Below are positions 39,345-48,296 of a DNA stretch of 64,000 nt, one piece after another (position 1 is the stretch's first letter; each line of letters begins with the position of its first letter). The notes under the pieces were generated by a model. It worked only from the letters and a program-made list of their open reading frames with translations, made no database searches and was not told where the DNA came from. This stretch comes from Verrucomicrobiales bacterium (GTDB lineage Bacteria; Verrucomicrobiota; Verrucomicrobiia; Limisphaerales; J093). The stretch spans positions 19,573 to 83,572 of the forward strand of contig JBBIVJ010000015.1 in NCBI GenBank assembly GCA_037439785.1, read 5' to 3'. A program made the position numbers and the translations under genes.

Positions 39345-42300
39345 TGCATCCGATCTTGCAAGCCCACCTGCGCCCGCTGGCGCGGCGCCTGGCCTGGCGC
39401 ACCGCCGGCGTGCGCCTGGCCGGGGCCTGGTTGCTCGCTGCCGCGGCGGCCTGGGGGCTCTGGGCCGCCCAACGACTGACCGGCGGCGGCTCGTCACTCT
39501 CCTGGCTGGTGCCGGGAATCCTGGGCCTGGCGCTCGCCGCCCGCGCCCTGGGGCGGACCCGCCGCGAAACCTTCGCCCCCGGGCCGCTGGCAACGCGACT
39601 CGAGACGGCCTTCCCCGAACTGGAGGGTCGGCTGTTGACCGCCGTGGAAATCCAGGCCACGCCCGCCCGCGGCGCCTCCTTCCTCGAACAACGCGTCATC
39701 TTCGAGGCCTGCGACCACGCCCGGCAGCGGGACTGGCGCCGCGTGGTGTCGCGGCGGAGCGTGGCCCTGGCCCACCTCGGCCAAGTGGCCGCCCTGGCCG
39801 CCCTGGCCGCCTCGATGCTCGCCCTGCGCTCGGGCGCGCCGCACACGCTGCTCGCCCTCGCTCCCCCCGCCGCACGCGGCCTCTCCGTCACGCCCGGCGA
39901 CATCACCCTCGAACGCGGCCAGAACCTGGTCGTGCTCGCCCGCTTCGGCGGCGAGGCCCCGGCCACTGCCGAGCTGATCTGGACCGGCCCGGGGGGCGAG
40001 GAGCGCCGGCTGGCCATGGTCCGCAGTCTCAGCGACCCGCTCTTCGGCGCCACCCTCCCCGAGGTCCAACACGACCTGACCTACCGCGTGGAATCCGCCG
40101 CCGGCCACTCGCCCGATTACCGCGTGAAGGTCTTCGAGTACCCCCGCCTGGAAGGGACGGACGCCGATCTTGAATTTCCCTCCTACACCGGCCAGCCGCC
40201 GCGGCACATCCCCGACACCCGCCGCGTCTCCGCCGTCGAGGGCACGCGCCTGTCGCTCGCCCTGCGCCTGAACAAACCGGTCGCCTCCGCCACGCTCGTG
40301 CCGCGCGGCGCCGCGGAAGCCGGGCCGATTCCGTTGACGACTGACCCCGCCGCCCCCGCCGCTGCGCTGCCTCCCTTCGCCCTGCGCGCCACCCGCACCT
40401 ATGACCTCCAACTGGTGGACGCCGAGGGCCGCACCAACAAGGAACCGGCCTCGTTTGTCTTCCAAGCCCTGCCCAACCGCCGCCCGGAACTGCAATTCAC
40501 CGCCCCGCGCGGCGACCTCCGGCCCTCCCCCCTCGAGGAAGTTTCCTTCGCCGGCACGGTCTGGGATGACTTCGGCGTGCTCCGCTACGGCGTGGCCTGG
40601 CTCCGCCCCGGTCAGGAACCGGCATGGATCGAACTGGGCCGCGCCATCCCCGCCCGCGAGAAGCGCGCTTACGAGCATCGCCTGGCTCTCGAAGACCTGG
40701 CCCTCGCCGCCGGCGACCTGCTCTCCTGGTTTGTCTGGGCCGAGGACCTCGGGCCCGACGGCGAACCGCGCCGCACCACCAGCGACCTGTACTTCGCGGA
40801 GGTGCGGCCCTTCGACGAGGTCTTCCGCGACGCCAGCGGCGAGGCCGGCAGCCAGGCCTCCTCGGAGGGCGAAGGCCAGGCCGGCGGCGAGGGCGAGAAT
40901 CCGAGCGCCCAACTGGTCGAACTGCAGAAGCAAATCCTCACCGCCACCTGGAAACTGCTGCGCGACCTCCCCGCTGCCCCACCAGCCGCGCCCCCCACCA
41001 CCTCGCGGCGGGTCCCGCTCCACCCCACAGGGCAGATCGCCGCGCCCGCCGCCCCTCCCCGGACCTCCCGCCGCGCCGCCTTCCTGGCCCAACCGGCGCC
41101 GGAGGGCGCGCCGCGCCGGGCGTCCCGGCCGGCCCTCCCCACCCCGCGGGAACGGGGTGCCGGCGCGACCTCCCTGCGCGAGGACCTCGAGGTCATCCGT
41201 GAAGCCCAGGCCCGCGTCCTCGAGCAGGCCCGCGCGGCGGGAGCTGAAGCGAGGGACCCGCGCCAGGCCGCGGCGTGGGAAGCCGCCCTCCAAGCGATGC
41301 AGACCGCCCTGGAAAAACTCGAGGCGGCGGGCCACTCCCCCGAGGCGCTGCGCGAGGCCTTCGCGGCCGAGCAGGCCGCTTACCAGGCCCTGCTGCGGCT
41401 GCAGGAACGGGAGTTCGGCGTCACCCGCAACCGCGGCAACCGTTCCGGCCAGCAGGGCGGCAACTCCCGCCAACAGGCCATGCAGCGCCAGCTCGACCAG
41501 CTCGAACTGACCCGCGAGGAAAACCGCTACGAAACCGAATCCCGCGCCGCGCCGCCGGACAGCCCCGAGCGACGCGAGCAGTTGCAAATCCTCAACCGGC
41601 TCCGGGAACTCGCTCGCCGCCAGGAGGACTTGAACGAGCGCCTGCGCGAACTCCAGGCCGCCCTCGAGGCCGCCCGCACCCCCGAAGAGCGCGACCGGCT
41701 CCGCCGCGAGCTGCGTCGCCTCCAGGAACAGCAGCAGGAAACCCTCGCCGGCCTCGACGAGCTCCAACAACGCCTCGACCAGACCGAAAACCTCTCCCGC
41801 CTGGCCGAGACCCGCCAGCAGCTCGAACAAACCCGCCAGGAACTCCAGCGCGCCAACCAGGCCCTCCGCGAAGAAGCCGCCTCCCGCGCCCTGGCTGCCG
41901 GCACCCGCGCCCGGGAACAACTGGAACAGGCCGGCGAAGACCTCCGCCGCGCCAGCGCCGGCGAATTTGACGCCGACCTCCGCGACCTCCGCGCCGGCGC
42001 CCGCCAGCTCACCCGCGAGCAGGAGGCCCTGGCCCGCGACCTCGAGACCCTGGCCCAACCCGACCGCCGGAGCCTCAGCGACGCCACCCCACGCCAGGAA
42101 CTCATGGACCGCCTTGCCCGCCAGCGCCAACAGCTCACCAACCTGCTCGAACGCGCCACCGAACTCTCCCGCCAGACCGAGGAACCCGAACCCCTGGTCT
42201 CCCGCCAGCTTTACGACACCCTCCGCCGCTTCAGCCAGGACGACGGCAGCCGCATGCGCCAGATGCGCCAGAGCCTCCTCGAACGCGGCCAGCTCACCTA

Positions 42301-43075
42301 CCAACTGGACGACCGCCTCGAACAGGGCGCCAACCGCCCCGCCCAGGGCGTGGAACTGACCGCCGAACTGCTCCGCCACCACCTCCCCGGTCCCGCCCGC
42401 GAGGCTGCCGAGCGTGCCCAAGCCGACCTGGACCAGCTCCGCCGCGGCATCGAACAGGCCGCCGAGCGGCTGCTGGGCGATGACGCCGAGGACCTGCGCC
42501 GCGCCCGCAGCGAGCTGGAGGCCCTGGCCGACCAGGTGCAGCGCGAAACCCCCCAAAGCCCACGGCCCACCGCGGAGGCAGGGGGGGCAGCCGAGGATCC
42601 GTCTGATCCGTCAGGTCGGTCTGATCTGTCTGATCGTACCTTCCCCGGCGGCGCCGAGCGCTTTTCCCTGAACCTGGACGACCTGCTTGACGCCCCGGCG
42701 CGCACGCCGCGCGATGACCTTGCCCTCGAGGGCCCCATCACCGGCGCGGACTTCGGCCGCTGGGCCGACCGCCTGCGCGAGGTCGAGGAGCTGGTCGAGT
42801 TCCCCGACCTGCGCACCCGCCTGGCACGCGCCCGCGAGCGCGCCCGCCAGTTGCGCCAGGAGTTCCGCCGGGACCTCCGGAAACCGGATTGGGCCGTGCT
42901 GAACCTCGAGGTGCTCCGCCCCCTGGTCGAGGTCCGCGACCAGATCGCCGAGGAACTGGCCCGCCGCGACCCCGGCGACGCGCTCGTGCCCGTGGACCGC
43001 GACCCCGTCCCGGCCCGTTTCTCCGAACTGGTGCGCCGCTACTACGAGGAACTGGGGCGGGCGCCGCGACCGTGA
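39341..43075 (+). CDS. Large membrane-anchored coiled-coil protein (1244 aa), family not recognised
   Basis: ATG 39341 overlaps the upstream stop (ATGA). Two N-terminal TM helices, a beta-rich middle, a Pro/Ala-rich linker (~40960-41170), then ~450 aa of charged heptad-like sequence rich in R/E/L/Q. Codon usage matches its neighbours. Confidence 0.7.
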   Translation: MMHPILQAHLRPLARRLAWRTAGVRLAGAWLLAAAAAWGLWAAQRLTGGGSSLSWLVPGILGLALAARALGRTRRETFAPGPLATRLETAFPELEGRLLTAVEIQATPARGASFLEQRVIFEACDHARQRDWRRVVSRRSVALAHLGQVAALAALAASMLALRSGAPHTLLALAPPAARGLSVTPGDITLERGQNLVVLARFGGEAPATAELIWTGPGGEERRLAMVRSLSDPLFGATLPEVQHDLTYRVESAAGHSPDYRVKVFEYPRLEGTDADLEFPSYTGQPPRHIPDTRRVSAVEGTRLSLALRLNKPVASATLVPRGAAEAGPIPLTTDPAAPAAALPPFALRATRTYDLQLVDAEGRTNKEPASFVFQALPNRRPELQFTAPRGDLRPSPLEEVSFAGTVWDDFGVLRYGVAWLRPGQEPAWIELGRAIPAREKRAYEHRLALEDLALAAGDLLSWFVWAEDLGPDGEPRRTTSDLYFAEVRPFDEVFRDASGEAGSQASSEGEGQAGGEGENPSAQLVELQKQILTATWKLLRDLPAAPPAAPPTTSRRVPLHPTGQIAAPAAPPRTSRRAAFLAQPAPEGAPRRASRPALPTPRERGAGATSLREDLEVIREAQARVLEQARAAGAEARDPRQAAAWEAALQAMQTALEKLEAAGHSPEALREAFAAEQAAYQALLRLQEREFGVTRNRGNRSGQQGGNSRQQAMQRQLDQLELTREENRYETESRAAPPDSPERREQLQILNRLRELARRQEDLNERLRELQAALEAARTPEERDRLRRELRRLQEQQQETLAGLDELQQRLDQTENLSRLAETRQQLEQTRQELQRANQALREEAASRALAAGTRAREQLEQAGEDLRRASAGEFDADLRDLRAGARQLTREQEALARDLETLAQPDRRSLSDATPRQELMDRLARQRQQLTNLLERATELSRQTEEPEPLVSRQLYDTLRRFSQDDGSRMRQMRQSLLERGQLTYQLDDRLEQGANRPAQGVELTAELLRHHLPGPAREAAERAQADLDQLRRGIEQAAERLLGDDAEDLRRARSELEALADQVQRETPQSPRPTAEAGGAAEDPSDPSGRSDLSDRTFPGGAERFSLNLDDLLDAPARTPRDDLALEGPITGADFGRWADRLREVEELVEFPDLRTRLARARERARQLRQEFRRDLRKPDWAVLNLEVLRPLVEVRDQIAEELARRDPGDALVPVDRDPVPARFSELVRRYYEELGRAPRP

Positions 43076-43080
43076 CCGTG

Positions 43081-45435
43081 ATGAGCCCGGCCCTGAGCAC
43101 CCTGATCCTGGGCGCGCCGCAATGGCAGGGACCCGCCCTGGCCCTGTTTGCCCTGCTGGCCGCCGCGGCGCTCTGGAGCTACGCCCGCGCCCCCCGTGGA
43201 CGGTGGCGCGGCCTTTGCGCCGCCCTCAAGCTCCTGGGTGCCGCCGCCCTGGCCGCCTGCTTGGTCGAGCCGCTGTGGTCCGGCCAGCGCGCCCGCCCCG
43301 GCGCCAACCTCCTGGCCGTGGTGGCGGACAACAGCCAGGGCCTCCAGGTCCGCGACCGCGGCGCCGACCGCACCCGGGCCGAGCAGTTGCGCAACTGGCT
43401 GGACCCGCGGCAAACCCGCGCCTGGGCCACGCTCGAGGACACCTTCGAGCTGCGCCGCTTCCGCTTTGACACCCGCCTGCAACCGGTTCGCGACTTCGGG
43501 GAACTGACCTTCGACGGCCGCGCCACCGCCCTGGGCGGCGCCCTGGCGGCCCTGCGCGAACGCTTCGCCCGCCGACCGCTGGCGGGGGTGGTGTTCTTCA
43601 CCGATGGCATCGCCACCGATCTCCGCGACGCCCTGCCGCCGCTGGACGGCCTGCCGCCGGTCTATCCGGTGGTGGTGGGCCGGGCCGGGGCGGTGCGCGA
43701 CCTGGCGGTGGAGCAGGTGCAGGTCACCCAGACCGCCTTCGAGGATGCGCCGGTCACGTTGCAGGTGGGCGTGCGGGCCGTGGGCCTGTCGGGCGAAACG
43801 GTCGAGACGACGGTGCTCGGCCCCGACGGCAGCCCGGTGGGGACGCAGGAAAGCCGCGTGCGGCGGGAGGACGAGACGCTGGGCTTCCGGTTCCAGTGGC
43901 GGCCGCCGCAGGCGGGGCTGACCTTTTACACGGTGCAGGTCCGGCCCACCGGGGCCGCCCCGGCGCCGGAAGCCACGCCGTTGAACAATACGCGCGTGCT
44001 GCCGGTGGACCGCGGCGGCGGTCCCTACCGCGTGCTCTATGTGAGCGGGCGCCCCAACTGGGAGTACAAGTTCCTCCAACGCGCCCTGGCCGAGGACCCC
44101 GAGGTGCAACTGGTGGCCCTGCTGCGCGTGGCCCGGCGCGAGCCCAGGTTCGAGTTCCGCGGCCGCGCCGGCGAGACCAGCAACCCCCTGTTCCGCGGCT
44201 TCGGCAACCAGGCCCCCGAGGAGGTCGAACGCTACGACCAGCCCGTGCTCATCCGCCTCAACACCCGCGATGAACTGGAACTGCGCGAAGGCTTCCCCCG
44301 CACCGTCGCCGACCTGTTCGCCTACGCGGGCCTGATCCTGGACGACGTCGAGGCGGAGTTTTTCAGCCCGGACCAGCAGGGGCTCATGGCCCGCTTTGTC
44401 TCCGAACGCGGCGGCGGCCTGCTCATGCTCGGCGGGGCGGAGTCCTTCCGTCAGGGCGGTTACGCCCGCACGCCGATCGGCGACGCCCTGCCCGTGTACC
44501 TGGACCGGGCCCCCGAACCGGTCCCCGGCGCCACGTGGCGCTTCCAACTGGCCCGCGAGGGCTGGGTGGAGGCCTGGACGCGGTTGCATCCCACCGAGGC
44601 GGCCGAAAAGGCCCGGCTCGAGGCCATGCCGGCGTTTGCCGTGCTCAATCCGGTGGGCGATCCCAAGCCCGGTGCCCAGGTGCTGGCCACCGTGACCGAC
44701 GAGCACGGCCGCACCCTGCCCGCCCTGGTCTCCCAGCGGTTCGGCCACGGCCGCACCGCCGCGCTCACCGTGGGCGACTTCTGGCGCTGGGGCATGTTGA
44801 GCCCGGAGGCCCGTGGCGAGATGGAAAAGGCCTGGCGCCAGTTGGCCCGCTGGCTGGTGGCCGACTCGCCCCGACGGGTGGAAGTGGCGGTCGAGCCCGC
44901 CCCGGAACATGCCCCCGGCGCGGTGCGTGTGGAGGTGCGCGCCCGGGACGCAGAATACCAGCCGCTGGAGGAGGCGCGCGTGCAGGTCGAAGTCGCCTCC
45001 GTCCTCACCGGGACCTCTGCCCCCGCGCCCGCCCTGCGCCTGAACGCCGAGCCTTCCCCGCGCGAGCCGGGGTTGTACGAGGTCTTGTACGTGGGGCGGG
45101 AAACGGGCGGTTACCGCGCCGCCATCACGGTCACCAACGCCGCGGGCGAAGCGGGGGGCCGCGCGGAGGCGGGCTGGAGTGTGGACCTGGCCGCGGAGGA
45201 GTTTCGCACCCTCGAACCCAACCGGGCCCTGCTCGAGGAACTGGCGCGGCGCACCGGCGGGGAGGTGATTGAGCCGGCGCGGCTGGCCGAGTTCGCCCGC
45301 CGACTGCCCGGCCGCCCGGCGCCGGTCATGGAGGCGTGGACGCACCCGCTCTGGCATCAGCCGGGCTGGTTCGCGCTGGCCCTGGGCTGCTTCCTGGCCG
45401 AATGGGGGGTGCGCCGCTGGAAAGGTCAGCCATGA
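43081..45435 (+). CDS. Membrane protein with class-I glutamine-amidotransferase-like domain (Bat-operon type)
   Basis: Two N-terminal TMs and a C-terminal TM. RVLYVSGRPNWEYKFLQRAL and GGGLLMLGGAESF segments are typical of the GATase1-like domain seen in these operons. The start could instead be GTG 43072, overlapping the upstream TGA. Confidence 0.6.
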   Translation: MSPALSTLILGAPQWQGPALALFALLAAAALWSYARAPRGRWRGLCAALKLLGAAALAACLVEPLWSGQRARPGANLLAVVADNSQGLQVRDRGADRTRAEQLRNWLDPRQTRAWATLEDTFELRRFRFDTRLQPVRDFGELTFDGRATALGGALAALRERFARRPLAGVVFFTDGIATDLRDALPPLDGLPPVYPVVVGRAGAVRDLAVEQVQVTQTAFEDAPVTLQVGVRAVGLSGETVETTVLGPDGSPVGTQESRVRREDETLGFRFQWRPPQAGLTFYTVQVRPTGAAPAPEATPLNNTRVLPVDRGGGPYRVLYVSGRPNWEYKFLQRALAEDPEVQLVALLRVARREPRFEFRGRAGETSNPLFRGFGNQAPEEVERYDQPVLIRLNTRDELELREGFPRTVADLFAYAGLILDDVEAEFFSPDQQGLMARFVSERGGGLLMLGGAESFRQGGYARTPIGDALPVYLDRAPEPVPGATWRFQLAREGWVEAWTRLHPTEAAEKARLEAMPAFAVLNPVGDPKPGAQVLATVTDEHGRTLPALVSQRFGHGRTAALTVGDFWRWGMLSPEARGEMEKAWRQLARWLVADSPRRVEVAVEPAPEHAPGAVRVEVRARDAEYQPLEEARVQVEVASVLTGTSAPAPALRLNAEPSPREPGLYEVLYVGRETGGYRAAITVTNAAGEAGGRAEAGWSVDLAAEEFRTLEPNRALLEELARRTGGEVIEPARLAEFARRLPGRPAPVMEAWTHPLWHQPGWFALALGCFLAEWGVRRWKGQP

Positions 45436-46415
45436 AACGCCGTTGGGGAGTCCTGCTGGCCCTGCTCGGAACCGCCGCTGCGGGCGCGCGCGCCGGCGAG
45501 GCAACGCCGCCCGCCTCCCGCCCCACGGTGATCTTTGTGGCGGGCGCGCCGGGGGAGGAGCTTTACGCCAGCAACCTGCTCCGGCAGGCCACGCTCTGGA
45601 GCAACGTCTGCGCGGAGGCGGGGGCGGCATTTGTGGCGGTGGGCCTGGCGCCCGCAGCGGCAGCGGCCGACCGGACGGTCCTGGCAGACACGCTCGCCGC
45701 GCAACCCCGCCAGGGCCCCGACCCCCTGTGGCTGGTGCTGGCCGGCCACGGCACCTTCGACGGCCGCGAGGCGCGTTTCAACCTGCGCGGGCCGGACGTG
45801 ACCCCCGTCGAGCTGGCGGCGTGGTTGGCGCTCTTCGAGCGACCGCTGGTGATCCTCCAGTGCGCCTCGGCCAGCGCCCCCTTCCTGCCGGCATTGACCG
45901 GCACCAACCGCGTGGTGGTGACCGCCACCCGCAGCGGCCACGAAGTGAACTACGCCCGCTTCGGCGATTTCCTCGCCGCCGGGTGGTCGGACCCGGCGGC
46001 GGACCTGGACCACGACGGCCAGACCTCGCTGCTGGAGGCCTGCCTCACCGCGGCCGCCCGCGTCGCCGAGTTTTACCGGACCGAAGGGCGCCTGGCGACC
46101 GAGCACGCGCTGATCGAGGACAACGGCGACGGCCGGGGCACACCGGCGGAATGGTTCCGCGGGGTGCGGCCGGTGAAAGCGTCGGCCGACGGCGCGCCGG
46201 TGGACGGCCTGCGCGCCCACCAGCTCCACTTGCGGCCCAGCGCGGCCGAGCGGGCCCTGCCGCCGGAGGTGCGCGCCCGCCGCGACGTCATCGAACGGGA
46301 AATCTTCCGGTTGCGCGAAAGCCGCCACCGCCTGCCGGAAGCCGACTACCTCGAGCAACTCGAGCGCCTGCTCCTGGAGCTGGCCGATCTGCTCCTGGGC
46401 GAGCCGGGCACCTGA
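45432..46415 (+). CDS. Secreted peptidase C13 (legumain)-like protein
   Basis: Signal peptide. Ordered blocks VIFVAGAP / LVLAGHGTFDG / LVILQCASASAPF / VVVTATRSGHEVNYA / FGDFLAAGW align by eye with the legumain His-Gly and Cys catalytic blocks. ATGA overlap with the upstream gene. Confidence 0.5.
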   Translation: MKRRWGVLLALLGTAAAGARAGEATPPASRPTVIFVAGAPGEELYASNLLRQATLWSNVCAEAGAAFVAVGLAPAAAAADRTVLADTLAAQPRQGPDPLWLVLAGHGTFDGREARFNLRGPDVTPVELAAWLALFERPLVILQCASASAPFLPALTGTNRVVVTATRSGHEVNYARFGDFLAAGWSDPAADLDHDGQTSLLEACLTAAARVAEFYRTEGRLATEHALIEDNGDGRGTPAEWFRGVRPVKASADGAPVDGLRAHQLHLRPSAAERALPPEVRARRDVIEREIFRLRESRHRLPEADYLEQLERLLLELADLLLGEPGT

Positions 46416-46599
46416 AATGCGGCCGGCCCGGGGACAGCGACCGGTGCCCCGGCTGCGGCGGCGTGACGGTCTTCACTTTTTCCCTCCGGACTTGAAGCTG
46501 GGTGTAACCCTGCCTGTCGGGCGGCCGTCCTTTGCCTTCAACCCTGACCCACCCCTGGTGAGCCGGGGCAGAAACCATAACCCACATATCACCCGATCC

Positions 46600-47325
46600 A
46601 TGAAACACGCAGTGCTGTGGAGCGCGCTGGCGCTCGTAACCGCGTCCGCCCTGGCGGCTGAATCCGGGCCCAAGGCGACGGTCCTGGCTGCCGCCAAGAA
46701 ACTGGCCGACCAACCCAACTACAGTTGGCGGACCACGGTCGAAAGTCCCGGCGGCGGCGGGCGCTTCCGCATCGGCCCCACCGAAGGCAAGGCCGAAAAA
46801 GGCGGCTACATCTGCCTGGCCATGACCCGTGGCGACAACACCTTCGAGGCGGTGCTCAAGGGCGAGAAGGCCGCCCTCAAGACCGACGAAGGCTGGCAGA
46901 GCCTGGATGAACTGGGCGCTGGAGGCGGGGGCGGCGGCCAGCCCAACCCGGCCCGCTTCATGAGCCGCACCCTCCGCAACTACCGCGCCCCGGCCGCCGA
47001 ACTGGAGGACCTGCTGGGCAAGGTCACCGACCTCAAGCTGGTGGACGGCGCCTACACCGGCGAGCTCACCGAAGAGGGGGTGCGGAGCCAGATGATCTTC
47101 GGGCGTCGTCCGGGCGGCGAGGGCCCGGCGGTGAGCAACCCCAAGGGCTCGGTCAAGGTCTGGCTTCAGGACGGTCTCCCGATCAACTACCAGGTGCATG
47201 TGCAGGGCACCGTCAGCTTCAACAACAACGAAATGGCGGTGGACCGCACCACCACCACCGAGGTCAAGGAGGTGGGCAAGACCAAGGTCGAAGTGCCCGC
47301 CGAAGCCAAACAGAAAGTGAGTTGA
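46600..47325 (+). CDS. Secreted hypothetical protein
   Basis: Signal peptide MKHAVLWSALALVTASALAAE; 241 aa, beta-rich, with an internal Gly run. ATG 46600 verified in frame. No family recognised. Confidence 0.6.
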   Translation: MKHAVLWSALALVTASALAAESGPKATVLAAAKKLADQPNYSWRTTVESPGGGGRFRIGPTEGKAEKGGYICLAMTRGDNTFEAVLKGEKAALKTDEGWQSLDELGAGGGGGGQPNPARFMSRTLRNYRAPAAELEDLLGKVTDLKLVDGAYTGELTEEGVRSQMIFGRRPGGEGPAVSNPKGSVKVWLQDGLPINYQVHVQGTVSFNNNEMAVDRTTTTEVKEVGKTKVEVPAEAKQKVS

Positions 47326-47458
47326 CCGGGCAGGCGCGCGGCGGCCGGGAAAAAACGCCCTGCCGCGTGCGCCCCAACCGCGGCACGCTATAGTTGCAGG
47401 CACCCCGCGTCCGCCGGGCGTTTTTCGGAGTCGGCGGGCAGGGGTGTCTGTTGCATCC

Positions 47459-48271
47459 ATGCACTCCATGAAATGCGCACTCCTGCTGTGGGCGGCCGCT
47501 GTCGCCCTGCCCCCTCTCATCGCCACCGCCCAGGACTGGGCCCGGACCCGCCTGGAACAATCCCCCCGCCACCTCGAATGGGTGAAGGTTCAAAGTGGCT
47601 CCCGCCAAGTGAACTGCTTCCTCGCCTACCCCGAGGTTAAGGACAAGGCCACCGCCGTGGTGGTCATCCACGAAATCTTCGGCCTCACCGACTGGGTCCG
47701 CGGCGTGGCCGATCAACTGGCCGCCGCCGGCTTTATCGCCATCGCCCCCGACCTGCTCTCCGGGGCGGCGCCCGGTGGCGGAGGCGCGGCCGAGCTGGGC
47801 AGTGGCGACGCCGTCCGCAAGGCCATTGCCGCCCTGCCGCCCGACCAGATCACCGCGGACCTGCGCGCGGTGGTGAAGTACGTGGCCGGCCTGCCCGCCG
47901 CCAACGGCAAGGTGGCGGTGGGCGGCTTCTGTTGGGGCGGCAGCCAGACGTTTCGCTTCGCGACCCACGCCGCCGAGCCGAAGGCCTTTTTCGTGTTTTA
48001 CGGATCGGGCCCCGAGGTCGAGGCCGATCTGACGCGCATTCAGGGGCCGGTGTACGGCTTCTACGGCGGCAACGACGCCCGAGTCAACGCCACCCTGCCG
48101 GCCACCGGCGAGGCCATGAAGAAGCTGGGCAAGCGGTTCGAGCCGGTGATCTACGAGGGCGCCGGCCACGGCTTCATGCGCGCCGGCGAGGCGCCCGATG
48201 CCTCCGAAGCCAACCGCAAGGCCCGCGCCGAGGCCTGGCAACGCTGGCTTGCCCTGCTCCAACAACTCTGA
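47459..48271 (+). CDS. Dienelactone hydrolase family protein (secreted)
   Basis: VVVIHEIFGL, nucleophile block GGFCWGG, YEGAGHGF. Alternative starts at 47444 (GTG) and 47468. Confidence 0.85.
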   Translation: MHSMKCALLLWAAAVALPPLIATAQDWARTRLEQSPRHLEWVKVQSGSRQVNCFLAYPEVKDKATAVVVIHEIFGLTDWVRGVADQLAAAGFIAIAPDLLSGAAPGGGGAAELGSGDAVRKAIAALPPDQITADLRAVVKYVAGLPAANGKVAVGGFCWGGSQTFRFATHAAEPKAFFVFYGSGPEVEADLTRIQGPVYGFYGGNDARVNATLPATGEAMKKLGKRFEPVIYEGAGHGFMRAGEAPDASEANRKARAEAWQRWLALLQQL

Positions 48272-48296
48272 CCCCGCATCCCCACTCCCCAAAGCC

